54,646 bases of DNA from positions 1 to 54,646 of the IMG/VR virus record IMGVR_UViG_3300045988_087663; one strand, written 5' to 3'. The translations under genes were made by a program, and so were the position numbers. Numbering within the stretch: the stretch's first letter is position 1; every line of letters starts with the position of its first letter. Positions 40,553 to 50,316 of the stretch are shown piece after piece. Source of the DNA: a virus. The notes beneath the pieces are model-generated. The model was not told the DNA's origin and did not search any database. It worked only from the letters and a program-made list of their open reading frames with translations.

Positions 40553-43500
40553 ATGTCAGATGGGTCTGTAGTTATTGATACCAGCTTGAACGAAGATGGG
40601 TTAAAATCTGGTCTATCCTCAATGACCAGTACAATAACAAAAGGCGTGAAAGTTGGGGCTAAAGCTGTTACCGCTAGTGTTGCGGCAGTTGGGGCTGGAG
40701 TAGTAGCAGTCGGAAAAAGTGCCGTATCGGCTTTTGCAAGCTATGAGCAGTTAGTTGGAGGTGTTGATACACTTTTCAAGAAATCAAGTAAAAAAGTCCA
40801 AAAATATGCAGATCAAGCATACAAGACGGCACAGCTGTCCGCCAATGATTATATGGAAACAGTCACCTCATTTAGTGCTTCTTTATTACAAGGATTAAAA
40901 GGAGACACCGATAAAGCCGCAGACAAGGCCAACAAAGCTATTATTGATATGTCCGATAATGCTAATAAGATGGGTACAGATATGCGGATGATTCAAAATG
41001 CGTATCAAGGATTTGCAAAGCAAAACTATACAATGCTGGATAATCTGAAGCTTGGCTATGGCGGTACAAAATCGGAGATGGCAAGGCTTGTAGCAGATTC
41101 TGGGGTATTAGGAAATGCGGCAAAAGATTTAACAGCAAAGAATTTAGACCAAAAGGTATCATTCGACCAGATAGTTGACGCTATCCACATCATGCAACAG
41201 CGTCTAGGAATAGCAGGCACATCCGCAAAGGAAGCATCCACAACCATAGAGGGTTCAGTTAATTCAATGAAATCTTCTTGGCAAAATTTGCTGGTGGCGA
41301 TGTCAACAGGAAAAAACTTTGATGAAGTATTCGACCAGTTTATAGCATCTGTTGAAACTGTTATGAAGAATTTAACTCCAGTTATCAGCAGAACACTTGA
41401 TGGCGTGGGAAAGTTAGTTTCTACAGGGCTGAAAGAATTCGTTCCGATGATAACATCATACCTTGTTAAGACTTTTCCAAAACTACTGGACTCCATCATT
41501 GATATAATAAGCACAGTTGGACCAAAAGTTTTTAGGAGCTTGCAAAAATTAGGTTCCGATATGATTGCATACGCAACAAAGATTGGTCCGGAACTAATAT
41601 CATTCATAGATCAAATGATACCGAAAGTGGTTTCTAAAATATCGGAAGTGCTTCAAACGATAGTGAATAATATACCGTCAATTCTTCCATATTTATTGAC
41701 CACATCTGTATCTCTTCTGAAAACTTTGGTTTCCTCTATAGCAAAAGAGATACCGGGAATATTCAAGTCTATCAAATCCTCATCCACTGATATAGTGACT
41801 ATGTTATTTGGTCAAAACATTGGAAAGTCATTTAGCAATATGCTTTCCCAGATAGGAAAAGCTGGTAAATCAATATGGAGCAGTTTAGGAAGGATTCTTC
41901 AAACACTTTGGAAATATATCCTCAACATTTACGATGCTTTGAAACCTGTTATTAGCACCGTTCTTGATTTAGCTAGTAATGTGATACCTTTGATCGCAGA
42001 GGCTTTTGGATTGTTGGCTAATAATATGGAAATAATACTTCCGATAATATCATCAGTTCTTGCTGGATTTTTAGCCTACAAGGCAATTTCCACTATAATA
42101 ACGATCATGAGTACGCTTGTAGCTATAATTCCTACTGTAAAAGCCGCTCTTATGGGATTATGGGCGGTCATGTCGGCGCATCCTATAATGGCTATCATAA
42201 CAGGAATAGTCACATTGACTACAGCAATAGCCGCATTTGTTGCAACATCCTCAGCAGAAAGTGATACAATATCTTCCAACTTTGATAAGATCACAGAAGC
42301 CAATTCAAGATTGACAGAAGAGTTATCCAAGCAAAAAGAAGAAGTGCAAGGACTTTCCGATTCTTATCTGAGCGCCAAGGAACAGGCAGATTCAAGAGTT
42401 TCTCAAATTGATATAGAAACTGACAGGACAAGACAATACTGGTCGGAATTAAAGAATATCACAGATGAAAACGGCAATATTAAGAAAGGCTATGAAGAAA
42501 GAGCGCAATATCTTACTGGGGAATTATCCTCAGCTTTAGGAATAGAATTTGACTGGGATTCCAAAAAGATAACAAATTTATCAGAAATAAATTCCAAAAT
42601 GGATAAGTATATTGCTCAAACAAGACTTAAAAATACAATCGATGCCAAAACATCCGAATATAATGAGGCAAAGAAGAATGAAGTTTCTTTGGCGGTTAAG
42701 CTGACTGAGCAAAGAAAACTTTTAACACAGGCGGAAGAAAATTATAAAAAAGCACAGCAAAAAGTAAAAGAGGCTTTGGACAAAAAGCACGAAGCAGAAA
42801 AAGCGGGTATGAGCCAATCAGAAATAGAGGGTAGGACAAAACAGTGGGAAAAAGCTTTAAAAGCTCAAGGAGATGCCGCTCAAGTGTATATGGATTCAAA
42901 AGATGCCGTACAAGAAACCGAAGCCACTTATGAGAATATGGTGACTACTATTTCTAACTATGAGCAAGCTCTTAATTCAGTCGGCAAATCTACAAAGAAG
43001 ATGAATAAAGCAAGTGAGGATCTTGCCACTGGGCTGAAAAAGCATGGAACTGTATCAGATACAGTGCTGAAGAAACAAGCTGAAAATGCTGTAGCAAATT
43101 ATGATAAATTATATAAAGCTGTTAAAAATGGTGATGCTAATATCAGCAAAAAACAACTTAGTGCCGCTAAAAAACAAGCAAGTCAAGCATTGACAGAGTT
43201 TGGAAAAGCCGGTAAAAATATCGTAAGAGGATTTGTGAATGGTTTGAATGAGGAAAATAGATCCAATGGATTATCAAGTGCCGTTGAATCAATGGTTAAA
43301 GATGCTCTTTCAGCTGGAAACAAAGCCGCAAAAATTAAGTCTCCGTCTAAAATAACGACGGAAAGTGGTAAGTTTTTAGGCCAAGGCTGGGTCGTAGGCT
43401 TCAAAAAAGCCGCCCCTCAAACGCAAATAGTCACAATGGTCAAGCAAGGTATGAGTACGATTCAAGATGCCATGAACACAGAACTAGCAAGCAATATAAG

Positions 43501-43624
43501 AGTGTCGCTTGACACTGGTTTAGGATCTTTGGGTGATACAATGGTAGATTCTTTAGAAAAGGCTGGATTATCGGTGCAGATTGGAGAAAGACAGTTTGGA
43601 AGAATAGTTAGGAGCGTGATGTAA
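40553..43624 (+). CDS. Tape measure protein
   Basis: 1023 aa with a helical N-terminal domain, a central hydrophobic TM-like block and a coiled-coil C-terminal half. Confidence 0.85.
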   Translation: MSDGSVVIDTSLNEDGLKSGLSSMTSTITKGVKVGAKAVTASVAAVGAGVVAVGKSAVSAFASYEQLVGGVDTLFKKSSKKVQKYADQAYKTAQLSANDYMETVTSFSASLLQGLKGDTDKAADKANKAIIDMSDNANKMGTDMRMIQNAYQGFAKQNYTMLDNLKLGYGGTKSEMARLVADSGVLGNAAKDLTAKNLDQKVSFDQIVDAIHIMQQRLGIAGTSAKEASTTIEGSVNSMKSSWQNLLVAMSTGKNFDEVFDQFIASVETVMKNLTPVISRTLDGVGKLVSTGLKEFVPMITSYLVKTFPKLLDSIIDIISTVGPKVFRSLQKLGSDMIAYATKIGPELISFIDQMIPKVVSKISEVLQTIVNNIPSILPYLLTTSVSLLKTLVSSIAKEIPGIFKSIKSSSTDIVTMLFGQNIGKSFSNMLSQIGKAGKSIWSSLGRILQTLWKYILNIYDALKPVISTVLDLASNVIPLIAEAFGLLANNMEIILPIISSVLAGFLAYKAISTIITIMSTLVAIIPTVKAALMGLWAVMSAHPIMAIITGIVTLTTAIAAFVATSSAESDTISSNFDKITEANSRLTEELSKQKEEVQGLSDSYLSAKEQADSRVSQIDIETDRTRQYWSELKNITDENGNIKKGYEERAQYLTGELSSALGIEFDWDSKKITNLSEINSKMDKYIAQTRLKNTIDAKTSEYNEAKKNEVSLAVKLTEQRKLLTQAEENYKKAQQKVKEALDKKHEAEKAGMSQSEIEGRTKQWEKALKAQGDAAQVYMDSKDAVQETEATYENMVTTISNYEQALNSVGKSTKKMNKASEDLATGLKKHGTVSDTVLKKQAENAVANYDKLYKAVKNGDANISKKQLSAAKKQASQALTEFGKAGKNIVRGFVNGLNEENRSNGLSSAVESMVKDALSAGNKAAKIKSPSKITTESGKFLGQGWVVGFKKAAPQTQIVTMVKQGMSTIQDAMNTELASNIRVSLDTGLGSLGDTMVDSLEKAGLSVQIGERQFGRIVRSVM

Positions 43625-44472
43625 TGACAAAAATAGTTTATATAAACCATTTAGGGGAAGAACTCAATCTTTGCAGTGATTCCTACAAGATATTAAGGGA
43701 CACCACCCTATTTGATTACTCCTGGAACTATACACGAAAAAATGACTATGCAAAATATGTCACAGCTTTTAACCGAGAATTTATAGAAAAGACATTCTCT
43801 ATAAGAATTTCAGCAGATTCAAAAAAAAGTTACTATGATTTAATGGATCAAATGAATGAAATATTTGAAAAGGATATTGATGCTGTTTCTCCTGGAAGGT
43901 TGATTGTAGATGAGGATTATTATTTGACTTGTTACATTACTAAAAAGACTACTAGCGTTTGGAAACCTGGAGCATATGTTTTGAAAAACGATTATACAGC
44001 ATTGTGTGAGACTGGGAAATGGGTGCATGAAGTCTCAAGAATCTTTGGATTAGATACGATTGATACAGATTACACATTGGACACAGACTATCCATATGAT
44101 TATCCATATGATTTCAGACCTTCTACAGGAGTAACAAGATTCATTTCTGATTCCTTTATTCCGTTTGACTTTGAACTAACCTTTGAAGGGCCTATTGAGG
44201 TGCCTTATATAATCGTTATGGATCATATGTATAGGGTATATACAAAGCTGGAGCAAAATGAAATTTTGAAAGTAAATTCAGTGAAAAAAACGATTAAAAA
44301 AATAAAAGTGGACGGAGAAGAAGTAAATGAATTTAGCAAAAGAGACAGAGAGAACTACATTTTTGAGAAAATGAAAACTGTAAATGGTTCTTCTCATGTT
44401 TCTTTTCCAAAAGGTTCGAGAATCACACTAAAAGCGTACGCATTAAGAAGTGTTCCAAAATTCAAATATTAA
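43624..44472 (+). CDS. Distal tail protein candidate
   Basis: 282 aa immediately after the tape measure (TAATG overlap). Confidence 0.55.
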   Translation: MTKIVYINHLGEELNLCSDSYKILRDTTLFDYSWNYTRKNDYAKYVTAFNREFIEKTFSIRISADSKKSYYDLMDQMNEIFEKDIDAVSPGRLIVDEDYYLTCYITKKTTSVWKPGAYVLKNDYTALCETGKWVHEVSRIFGLDTIDTDYTLDTDYPYDYPYDFRPSTGVTRFISDSFIPFDFELTFEGPIEVPYIIVMDHMYRVYTKLEQNEILKVNSVKKTIKKIKVDGEEVNEFSKRDRENYIFEKMKTVNGSSHVSFPKGSRITLKAYALRSVPKFKY

Positions 44473-44485
44473 GGTAGGTGATACT

Positions 44486-46411
44486 ATGGATTTTATATAC
44501 TGCAACGAGACCGGCGAAGAATTAGGCGTTTTATCAAATTACACTTTGGACATGGCTTTTGGCTCTTCTGAAAATACTTTTGAAGTAGAGACAGATTCTG
44601 CTAATAATGTATGTAAGGCTGGATATAAGCTATATATTCCTGGCACTGATATAGGAGGTGTCGTTGATTGTGTTTATTCAAACACCAAAAACGGTACCAT
44701 CAAATACGGAGGAAGAACCGCTCATGGCATATTAAATAGCCGATGCTTAGAGCCAGTATATCCATACGCTTACTACGAGATAGCCGGGAATGTGCATGAC
44801 TGTCTTGTAGATATGTTTAGGTACACCGGATTTATTGATACCGTAGAAATTTTAGAAGGTGTAGACTTTCCGATATATTCTAAGGAATATGGCACTCCTG
44901 TATTTAACGCTGTGAATGCTTTACTTTTGGCGAATGGAGCAAAATTGAAAATAGTCTGGAACGAAGGCAAGTTTTCAGTTCAACCAGTTGAGGCATACAA
45001 TTATGCTACCGATGAAGAATTTGATTCTTCCCAGCTGAATTTTGAGATTAAAAAATACACGAATCTTCCGAATCATTTTATTTGTTTAGATAAAGAAAAA
45101 TCTATCTGCATACACCTGTATACAGATGAAAACGGAGGAATACAACCCTATACACTAACAGATAATCCACTACAAGACAGCGACTACATTTTGGACAGAA
45201 GAAGTCAGGTAATTTTTGGTGAAAAGCAATATGACACACTTTTGGAATTGACCGCTTCAGCCACTAACAATTATTTGAAATTGGGTACAAAACCTTATGA
45301 CTGGGATAGCTCTTATAGCAATTATTATAAAGTATCGGATGACTCCAGCGAAGATGATATATCCTACGAACAGCTAAAAAGAAACACAAAAGACTTATAT
45401 ATTTTGACAAAAGGAAAACCCTGGGACTGGGATTGGAATTATGAAAACTACTACACCCAATCTTTTGACACCTCTACAGGGGAATATACTTACTCCGCTG
45501 TCACTAAAGAAGATGGATTAGAGCATGTAAAATTAACATCACAGCCCTATGATTGGCTTATAAGCTATACTAATTATTTGATTCCTGACACAGAAAATCC
45601 AGGATCGTATAAAAATATAGTCCCAATCGTTGAAGATGTTTATACAAAAGTGACTAAGAAACCTAAAAACTGGGGTACAGACTATGAGAATTATTATCTC
45701 AACGATGGCACTGGTGTCAACAAAGATGTAAATGATGAAAACTTAGGTAGAAATCCAAATTACGGGAAAGGCTGGTCAGCTGTATCATCCGAGACAAAAG
45801 ACACTTACGAATTAACTACAAGAAAGCCTTCTGATTGGAGTAAGAATTGGAGAGAATATTACATTAAAATGTCCTCAGCGGGAGGATATGCAAAAGCAGG
45901 TGACTACTGGATTTATAACAAATCTTTGCCTTGGCATAAAAATAAATTTTACAAAAAATCTTCAAAATCCGTAAATCCTAATTTTTCAAAGGTAGGAACT
46001 GTTTACAAAAAAACAACTAATACACCTATACCTAACTTTGCAACCTATAGCAGTAAGATAGGTGTGTACACGACAAGAACCACATCCTCAGCTACTTGGG
46101 AATCTGGAAAAATATACGAGAAAAGAGAAAATGTAGATTTAGGAATGACATTTATTCCAAATTCCTATTACATGAAAGTAGTTGACAATTACGCAGAAAT
46201 GGTGAAAACGGCATTACAACAAATCAAAGAGATATATTCAAAAGATGAACTTTCCATTGACCTTAGTGCTGTCCAACAGACCTATGATCTGAATGATATT
46301 GTAGGAGGAATTGATAACGTCACCGGACTAGTTGTTAATGCACCTATCAGCAAAAAAATTATAACGATTCAAAAAAATATCGTGCAATGTACTTATGAAA
46401 CAAAGAAATAA
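44486..46411 (+). CDS. Tail/baseplate protein (Gp37-like) with five internal degenerate repeats
   Basis: ATG 44486 after AAGGTAGGTG. Repeats of K-P-x-D-W-x3-Y-x-N-Y-Y type between about 45280 and 45865. Confidence 0.55.
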   Translation: MDFIYCNETGEELGVLSNYTLDMAFGSSENTFEVETDSANNVCKAGYKLYIPGTDIGGVVDCVYSNTKNGTIKYGGRTAHGILNSRCLEPVYPYAYYEIAGNVHDCLVDMFRYTGFIDTVEILEGVDFPIYSKEYGTPVFNAVNALLLANGAKLKIVWNEGKFSVQPVEAYNYATDEEFDSSQLNFEIKKYTNLPNHFICLDKEKSICIHLYTDENGGIQPYTLTDNPLQDSDYILDRRSQVIFGEKQYDTLLELTASATNNYLKLGTKPYDWDSSYSNYYKVSDDSSEDDISYEQLKRNTKDLYILTKGKPWDWDWNYENYYTQSFDTSTGEYTYSAVTKEDGLEHVKLTSQPYDWLISYTNYLIPDTENPGSYKNIVPIVEDVYTKVTKKPKNWGTDYENYYLNDGTGVNKDVNDENLGRNPNYGKGWSAVSSETKDTYELTTRKPSDWSKNWREYYIKMSSAGGYAKAGDYWIYNKSLPWHKNKFYKKSSKSVNPNFSKVGTVYKKTTNTPIPNFATYSSKIGVYTTRTTSSATWESGKIYEKRENVDLGMTFIPNSYYMKVVDNYAEMVKTALQQIKEIYSKDELSIDLSAVQQTYDLNDIVGGIDNVTGLVVNAPISKKIITIQKNIVQCTYETKK

Positions 46412-46461
46412 TTGTAAAGAAAGTGTATGTATGTTATTATATATAAGAAAGGAGATATAAT

Positions 46462-47712
46462 ATGGCAGTAAATATCGTTACTGGCTACACAGGTGTAGCT
46501 CATGTGACATCAGATGATGATAGAGCTAAAAACAGCTCAATATTCGGAGCAAAAAAATTCATATTGAATTATGGCAATAGTTTTTCTGCAGAAAAACTAA
46601 ACAATAACCAAATCCGTATAAAAGATGGTATGCTCATCAATCAAGGTACACAGATGGGTATTGAGCCTAACGACTACGAGGATGTAACGATTGAAAATGG
46701 CGTATCTGGAATGACTAGAATAGATTTAATCTGCATGAGATATTCTAAAAATGCTGATAGTGCTAAAGAAAGCGCATCACTGGTTGTTATAAAAGGTACG
46801 GCTGTTTCTCAAGGAGAACCGCCAGTTCCGGAGTATATGAAAGGGAATATTTTAGACGGTGGAGACCTTATAGATGATATGCCGCTGTATAAAGTAAGAA
46901 TTGAATCTTTGAGTATCACAGATATATCAAGTATACCCTATACAGCACCACTTGATATATATACCATTTATGATGTGACCAAAAGTCTAACAGATGAGCT
47001 GGCTAAAAAAATTGCTCAATATGTAGCAGGATCTGTAGCCGGGGTAAAAGGTACAAATAATGAGGAATATAAAACAGGCTTGGTAACATTGTCATTAGAT
47101 GACATTAAAAGAAATGCATCGGAAACATTAGATGGACTTATGACAACTACGCAGTTTAAGAATTTGAAAAATTTAATCTCAACTTCTAAAAGTGCTATCG
47201 GAAAGGATTTTCCAATTAACTACTGTCGTGTTGTTAATTTGACTGCTCCTATAAACGGATCGGGGAATGACTTGTATGCTTTGGGTATTGGGCTAAATAA
47301 TGAAGTGTACACTTATTTTGGAAATAATGGGAGTGTTACTGCTAATTGGGTTAAATTACAAAACAGTGATTTTAAAAGCATTAGCTCATCATTCTCAAGC
47401 CAAAGTCCATCTATTTCTTTGAGTGCTATTGGTTTAGATTCGTTATCGGAACTTATCTTTGTTTTGACATATAACTCTTCTGGTGATACACAAGAAAACA
47501 TATCAGTAACGGTTCCGGCATCTATGTTAGCAAACAAGCCTTCTTATTTTAAAACAAAATTAACAATGGGAGATGCAACAAAAGGACTTTTTGCTAAAAT
47601 AAAAATAACTAGTAATGTTGTCACTTTAGAAGATTTCCCCCTATACAATGGCACAAGCCTATACACAATGTCTAGTGGAAATCAAAGAGTATTAAGTATA
47701 TACTATAGATAA
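46462..47712 (+). CDS. Tail fibre / receptor-binding protein candidate
   Basis: 416 aa, last large tail gene before the lysis genes. Confidence 0.45.
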   Translation: MAVNIVTGYTGVAHVTSDDDRAKNSSIFGAKKFILNYGNSFSAEKLNNNQIRIKDGMLINQGTQMGIEPNDYEDVTIENGVSGMTRIDLICMRYSKNADSAKESASLVVIKGTAVSQGEPPVPEYMKGNILDGGDLIDDMPLYKVRIESLSITDISSIPYTAPLDIYTIYDVTKSLTDELAKKIAQYVAGSVAGVKGTNNEEYKTGLVTLSLDDIKRNASETLDGLMTTTQFKNLKNLISTSKSAIGKDFPINYCRVVNLTAPINGSGNDLYALGIGLNNEVYTYFGNNGSVTANWVKLQNSDFKSISSSFSSQSPSISLSAIGLDSLSELIFVLTYNSSGDTQENISVTVPASMLANKPSYFKTKLTMGDATKGLFAKIKITSNVVTLEDFPLYNGTSLYTMSSGNQRVLSIYYR

Positions 47713-47724
47713 GGAGGTGATGAA

Positions 47725-47952
47725 ATGAAATATATAGAAAGATTAAATCCAGATGGTGTTATTATTGTTAATCAAATAACAGCTTCTGTCAATGATGTAG
47801 ATACTGTTATTGCAGAGGAGCGAGAAGCTTATGGAAACTGGCCATCTGACCGTAAAAGGCTCATTGATAATGAGCCTGAAAATTTAGTAGACGCAATCAT
47901 GATTATTTTTGGTGAGTCACCTACAATCGAGGAGCCAGAAGTAACTGAATAA
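47725..47952 (+). CDS. XkdX-position small protein
   Basis: 75 aa between the fibre and lysis genes. Confidence 0.4.
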   Translation: MKYIERLNPDGVIIVNQITASVNDVDTVIAEEREAYGNWPSDRKRLIDNEPENLVDAIMIIFGESPTIEEPEVTE

Positions 47953-47968
47953 AGAAAGGAGAAATAAT

Positions 47969-48469
47969 ATGACTAACTTATTTGCATGGGCGTCCATCGG
48001 GGAAAATGGAAAAGCCACTGGAGGAAAAAAAGGAGACCAAACGAAGAAAGAAGTAAAGGTAGCCCCTTATTATGAATTTGGACAAACTTGGGTTATTAGA
48101 TTTAGAAGTACATCAAGAGGAAAGAAAGCAGGAAAAGCCGCAAAAGCAATGGCGGAAAATGATAACATTGGATACAATCAGAATGACCGTACATCATTAT
48201 TCAGAGAATGCTGTAAGATAAACTGGAAGATTGACAAGATACACCTTATAGAAAAGTGTAATTGCGATTGCAGTGAATTGGCAGTATGTGCTGTCAATTT
48301 TGCATATGGATATCCGAAACTGGCATCTAATAACACAACATACAGCTTGCCTGATACTTGTAAATCCTTCAGCAAAAATTTCAAAAGAGCGGATAAAGCT
48401 ATTCGGACCAAAAAATTTAAGAAAGGAGACCTTGTTGGTAAAAGAGGTCATGTAATCATCAATGTCTGA
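47969..48469 (+). CDS. Putative endolysin (Cys-peptidase/amidohydrolase-like)
   Basis: ..NDNIGYNQNDRTSL..CNCDCSELAVCAV resembles the Cys-containing peptidoglycan amidohydrolase family. Located next to holin-like genes. Confidence 0.45.
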   Translation: MTNLFAWASIGENGKATGGKKGDQTKKEVKVAPYYEFGQTWVIRFRSTSRGKKAGKAAKAMAENDNIGYNQNDRTSLFRECCKINWKIDKIHLIEKCNCDCSELAVCAVNFAYGYPKLASNNTTYSLPDTCKSFSKNFKRADKAIRTKKFKKGDLVGKRGHVIINV

Positions 48470-48752
48470 GACTGCTATTGCTTTATTATCATCCTTAATA
48501 ACTGGACTACTCTCATTTCTGGGAGTAGTCTATACAACAAGGAAACAACATGATTTTACAATTTCGGAGATAAAAACAGAAGTACAGTTGATAAAAAAAG
48601 ATATAAATTCTTTGGAAGAAAAACAAGACAAACATAACAAAGTAATAGACCGAGTATACAGTTTAGAAACAGTATCACAGGTTTTAGAAGTTCGGCAAAA
48701 AGCTCATGATGAGCAAATAAAAGAATTAGAAGAAAGGATGTCGTTAAAATGA
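48462..48752 (+). CDS. Membrane-anchored coiled-coil protein (lysis accessory candidate)
   Basis: N-terminal TM segment ALLSSLITGLLSFLGVVY followed by a charged helix. Confidence 0.45.
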   Translation: MSETAIALLSSLITGLLSFLGVVYTTRKQHDFTISEIKTEVQLIKKDINSLEEKQDKHNKVIDRVYSLETVSQVLEVRQKAHDEQIKELEERMSLK

Positions 48753-48952
48753 ACATTAGCAACAAAATCTATGACAAGCTGAAATGGATTGCATTATATT
48801 TTCTGCCTGGTTTAGGCACTTTATATTTTGCACTTGCAGGTATCTGGGGACTGCCGTATGGAGAACAAGTAGTCGGCACCATAACCGCTATTGACACATT
48901 TTTAGGAGCTATACTTGGTATATCCTCCAGCACTTATAAAAAGAAGAGGTGA
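48749..48952 (+). CDS. Holin (Dp-1 family-like)
   Basis: KWIALYFLPGLGTLYFALAGIWGLPYGEQVVGTITAIDTFLGAILGIS. Confidence 0.7.
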   Translation: MNISNKIYDKLKWIALYFLPGLGTLYFALAGIWGLPYGEQVVGTITAIDTFLGAILGISSSTYKKKR

Positions 48953-48956
48953 TATA

Positions 48957-49199
48957 ATGGACGAAGACAGTTTGGCGGTAGAATTACTCTCAACTTTGAA
49001 AACTTTGACTAAAAAATTATATGTTGTCATAGTTATTTTAGTAATCCTGCTTTTTGTCACAAATATAGCATGGCTTTATGCTTGGAACTTACCATCAGAG
49101 GATCAGACAAGTACACAATCATATGAGGTAGAATCAAACGACAATGGAAATGCTGTATATAATGAGGAAGGAGGTGTAAATATAAATGGCAAGAATTAG
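48957..49199 (+). CDS. Small membrane protein (second holin/antiholin candidate)
   Basis: ATG 48957 after AAGAGGTGA. TM segment LYVVIVILVILLFVTNIAWLYAW. Confidence 0.5.
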   Translation: MDEDSLAVELLSTLKTLTKKLYVVIVILVILLFVTNIAWLYAWNLPSEDQTSTQSYEVESNDNGNAVYNEEGGVNINGKN

Positions 49200-49275
49200 A
49201 GTAGTTAAAACGACTGTCATTAAAAGAAGAACCAGGAGACCAAGATCAAGGCCAAAACGAGGTAGAAGAAGATGA
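49186..49275 (+). CDS. Arg-rich 29-aa micro-ORF
   Basis: MARIRVVKTTVIKRRTRRPRSRPKRGRRR. ATG lies 9 nt after GGAAGGAGGTG. ATGA overlap with the next gene. Confidence 0.45.
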   Translation: MARIRVVKTTVIKRRTRRPRSRPKRGRRR

Positions 49276-49472
49276 TTATATCAGACTTCACTGCACCAGA
49301 ACTTGAATATTTTAGAGAGAATTGTAATTTTGTAAATCTTGAAAAACAAATCTTCGAACGAAGAGCAGAAGGTATTTCATTACAGCAAATAGCAGAAAAT
49401 CTAAATATATCATACGATTATGCAAGACATTTAAGTAGAAAAGTCAATAAAAAGATTCTAAAAGTTTTGTAA
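49272..49472 (+). CDS. Sigma region 4-like / LuxR-type HTH small regulator
   Basis: EKQIFERRAEGISLQQIAENLNISYDYARHLSRKVNKKI. Confidence 0.55.
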   Translation: MIISDFTAPELEYFRENCNFVNLEKQIFERRAEGISLQQIAENLNISYDYARHLSRKVNKKILKVL

Positions 49473-49476
49473 ACAC

Positions 49477-49518
49477 AAAAACAACACATTCTTTACATTG
49501 AGTATGTGTTGTTTTTTA
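49477..49518 (+). terminator. Rho-independent terminator
   Basis: AAAAACAACACAT-14 nt loop-ATGTGTTGTTTTTT. Confidence 0.75.
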
Positions 49519-49551
49519 TTTATAATTTAATTAAAGAAAGGGGGAACATAC

Positions 49552-49716
49552 ATGGATATTCTAAAAATAATCAATGATGAAAACCTTAAAGATGTTCCCA
49601 TACTTGATATATTAAAAGTAATAAATGCTGTACAAAAGGAGTCAATAAATGAAGAATCCTGTAGAAAGTGTCAGAGGATATATAGCAATAATGAATCAGT
49701 TAAGGAGGGAATTTGA
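49552..49716 (+). CDS. Hypothetical small protein
   Basis: ATG after AAAGGGGGAA. 54 aa. Stop overlaps the next start (TGATG). Confidence 0.5.
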   Translation: MDILKIINDENLKDVPILDILKVINAVQKESINEESCRKCQRIYSNNESVKEGI

Positions 49717-50120
49717 TGTTTCAGAATCCGTACGCATCTTTGATAGGTCAGAATCAATTTTATCAACAACCAGGAATGAACAATCAACAGTTTTTTCAAC
49801 AACAAGAACAGCCTCAAAATCTTATAAGGGTTAATGGATTAGAAGGTGCAAAAGCATATCAAATGTCCGCTAACTCCACTGTAGCATTATTTGATTCTAA
49901 TAATGATCTTATGTATGTTAAATCTACAGATGGGGCAGGATTTCCTAGCATCAGAACATTTACATTTTCCGAATTGCAAGAAGAGCCAAAAGCGGAACAA
50001 AATGTTGATTATATAAGTCGGGAAGAATTTGAAGAGTTTAAAAAGGAGTTGATGAACAATGGCAAGCAGTCTATTCAAAGGTCAAAATCAAACATCACAG
50101 ATAAGTCCTCAAGTAATTAA
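49716..50120 (+). CDS. Hypothetical protein with Q/N-rich N-terminal low-complexity segment
   Basis: MFQNPYASLIGQNQFYQQPGMNNQQFFQQQEQPQN, then a globular part. RBS AAGGAGGG. Confidence 0.6.
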   Translation: MFQNPYASLIGQNQFYQQPGMNNQQFFQQQEQPQNLIRVNGLEGAKAYQMSANSTVALFDSNNDLMYVKSTDGAGFPSIRTFTFSELQEEPKAEQNVDYISREEFEEFKKELMNNGKQSIQRSKSNITDKSSSN

Positions 50121-50271
50121 CCAAGCAAAGGGTATGATGAAGAACATGAATCAGATTAAAGGTATCATGAGTATGTTAAGCGGAAAAGGAATGAATCCGG
50201 AGCAAGCGGTTCGTTCCATATGTAAGGAAAGAGGTATAGATGTAGATTCATTTATGTCTCAACTAAAGTAG
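50059..50271 (+). CDS. Hypothetical small protein (start uncertain)
   Basis: Track ORF. AAGGAG lies 10 nt upstream of ATG 50059. Overlaps the previous gene by 62 nt. Confidence 0.4.
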   Translation: MASSLFKGQNQTSQISPQVINQAKGMMKNMNQIKGIMSMLSGKGMNPEQAVRSICKERGIDVDSFMSQLK

Positions 50272-50316
50272 GAATTTGCAAATTCAAATAAATAAAAATG
50301 AAGGGAGGATACTACT

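Noticed and set aside
41056-41607. 183-aa minus-strand ORF (and 42076..42330, 43183..43404)
   Set aside because: These are antisense shadows inside the tape measure gene. No promoter, RBS or terminator supports minus-strand expression anywhere in the genome.
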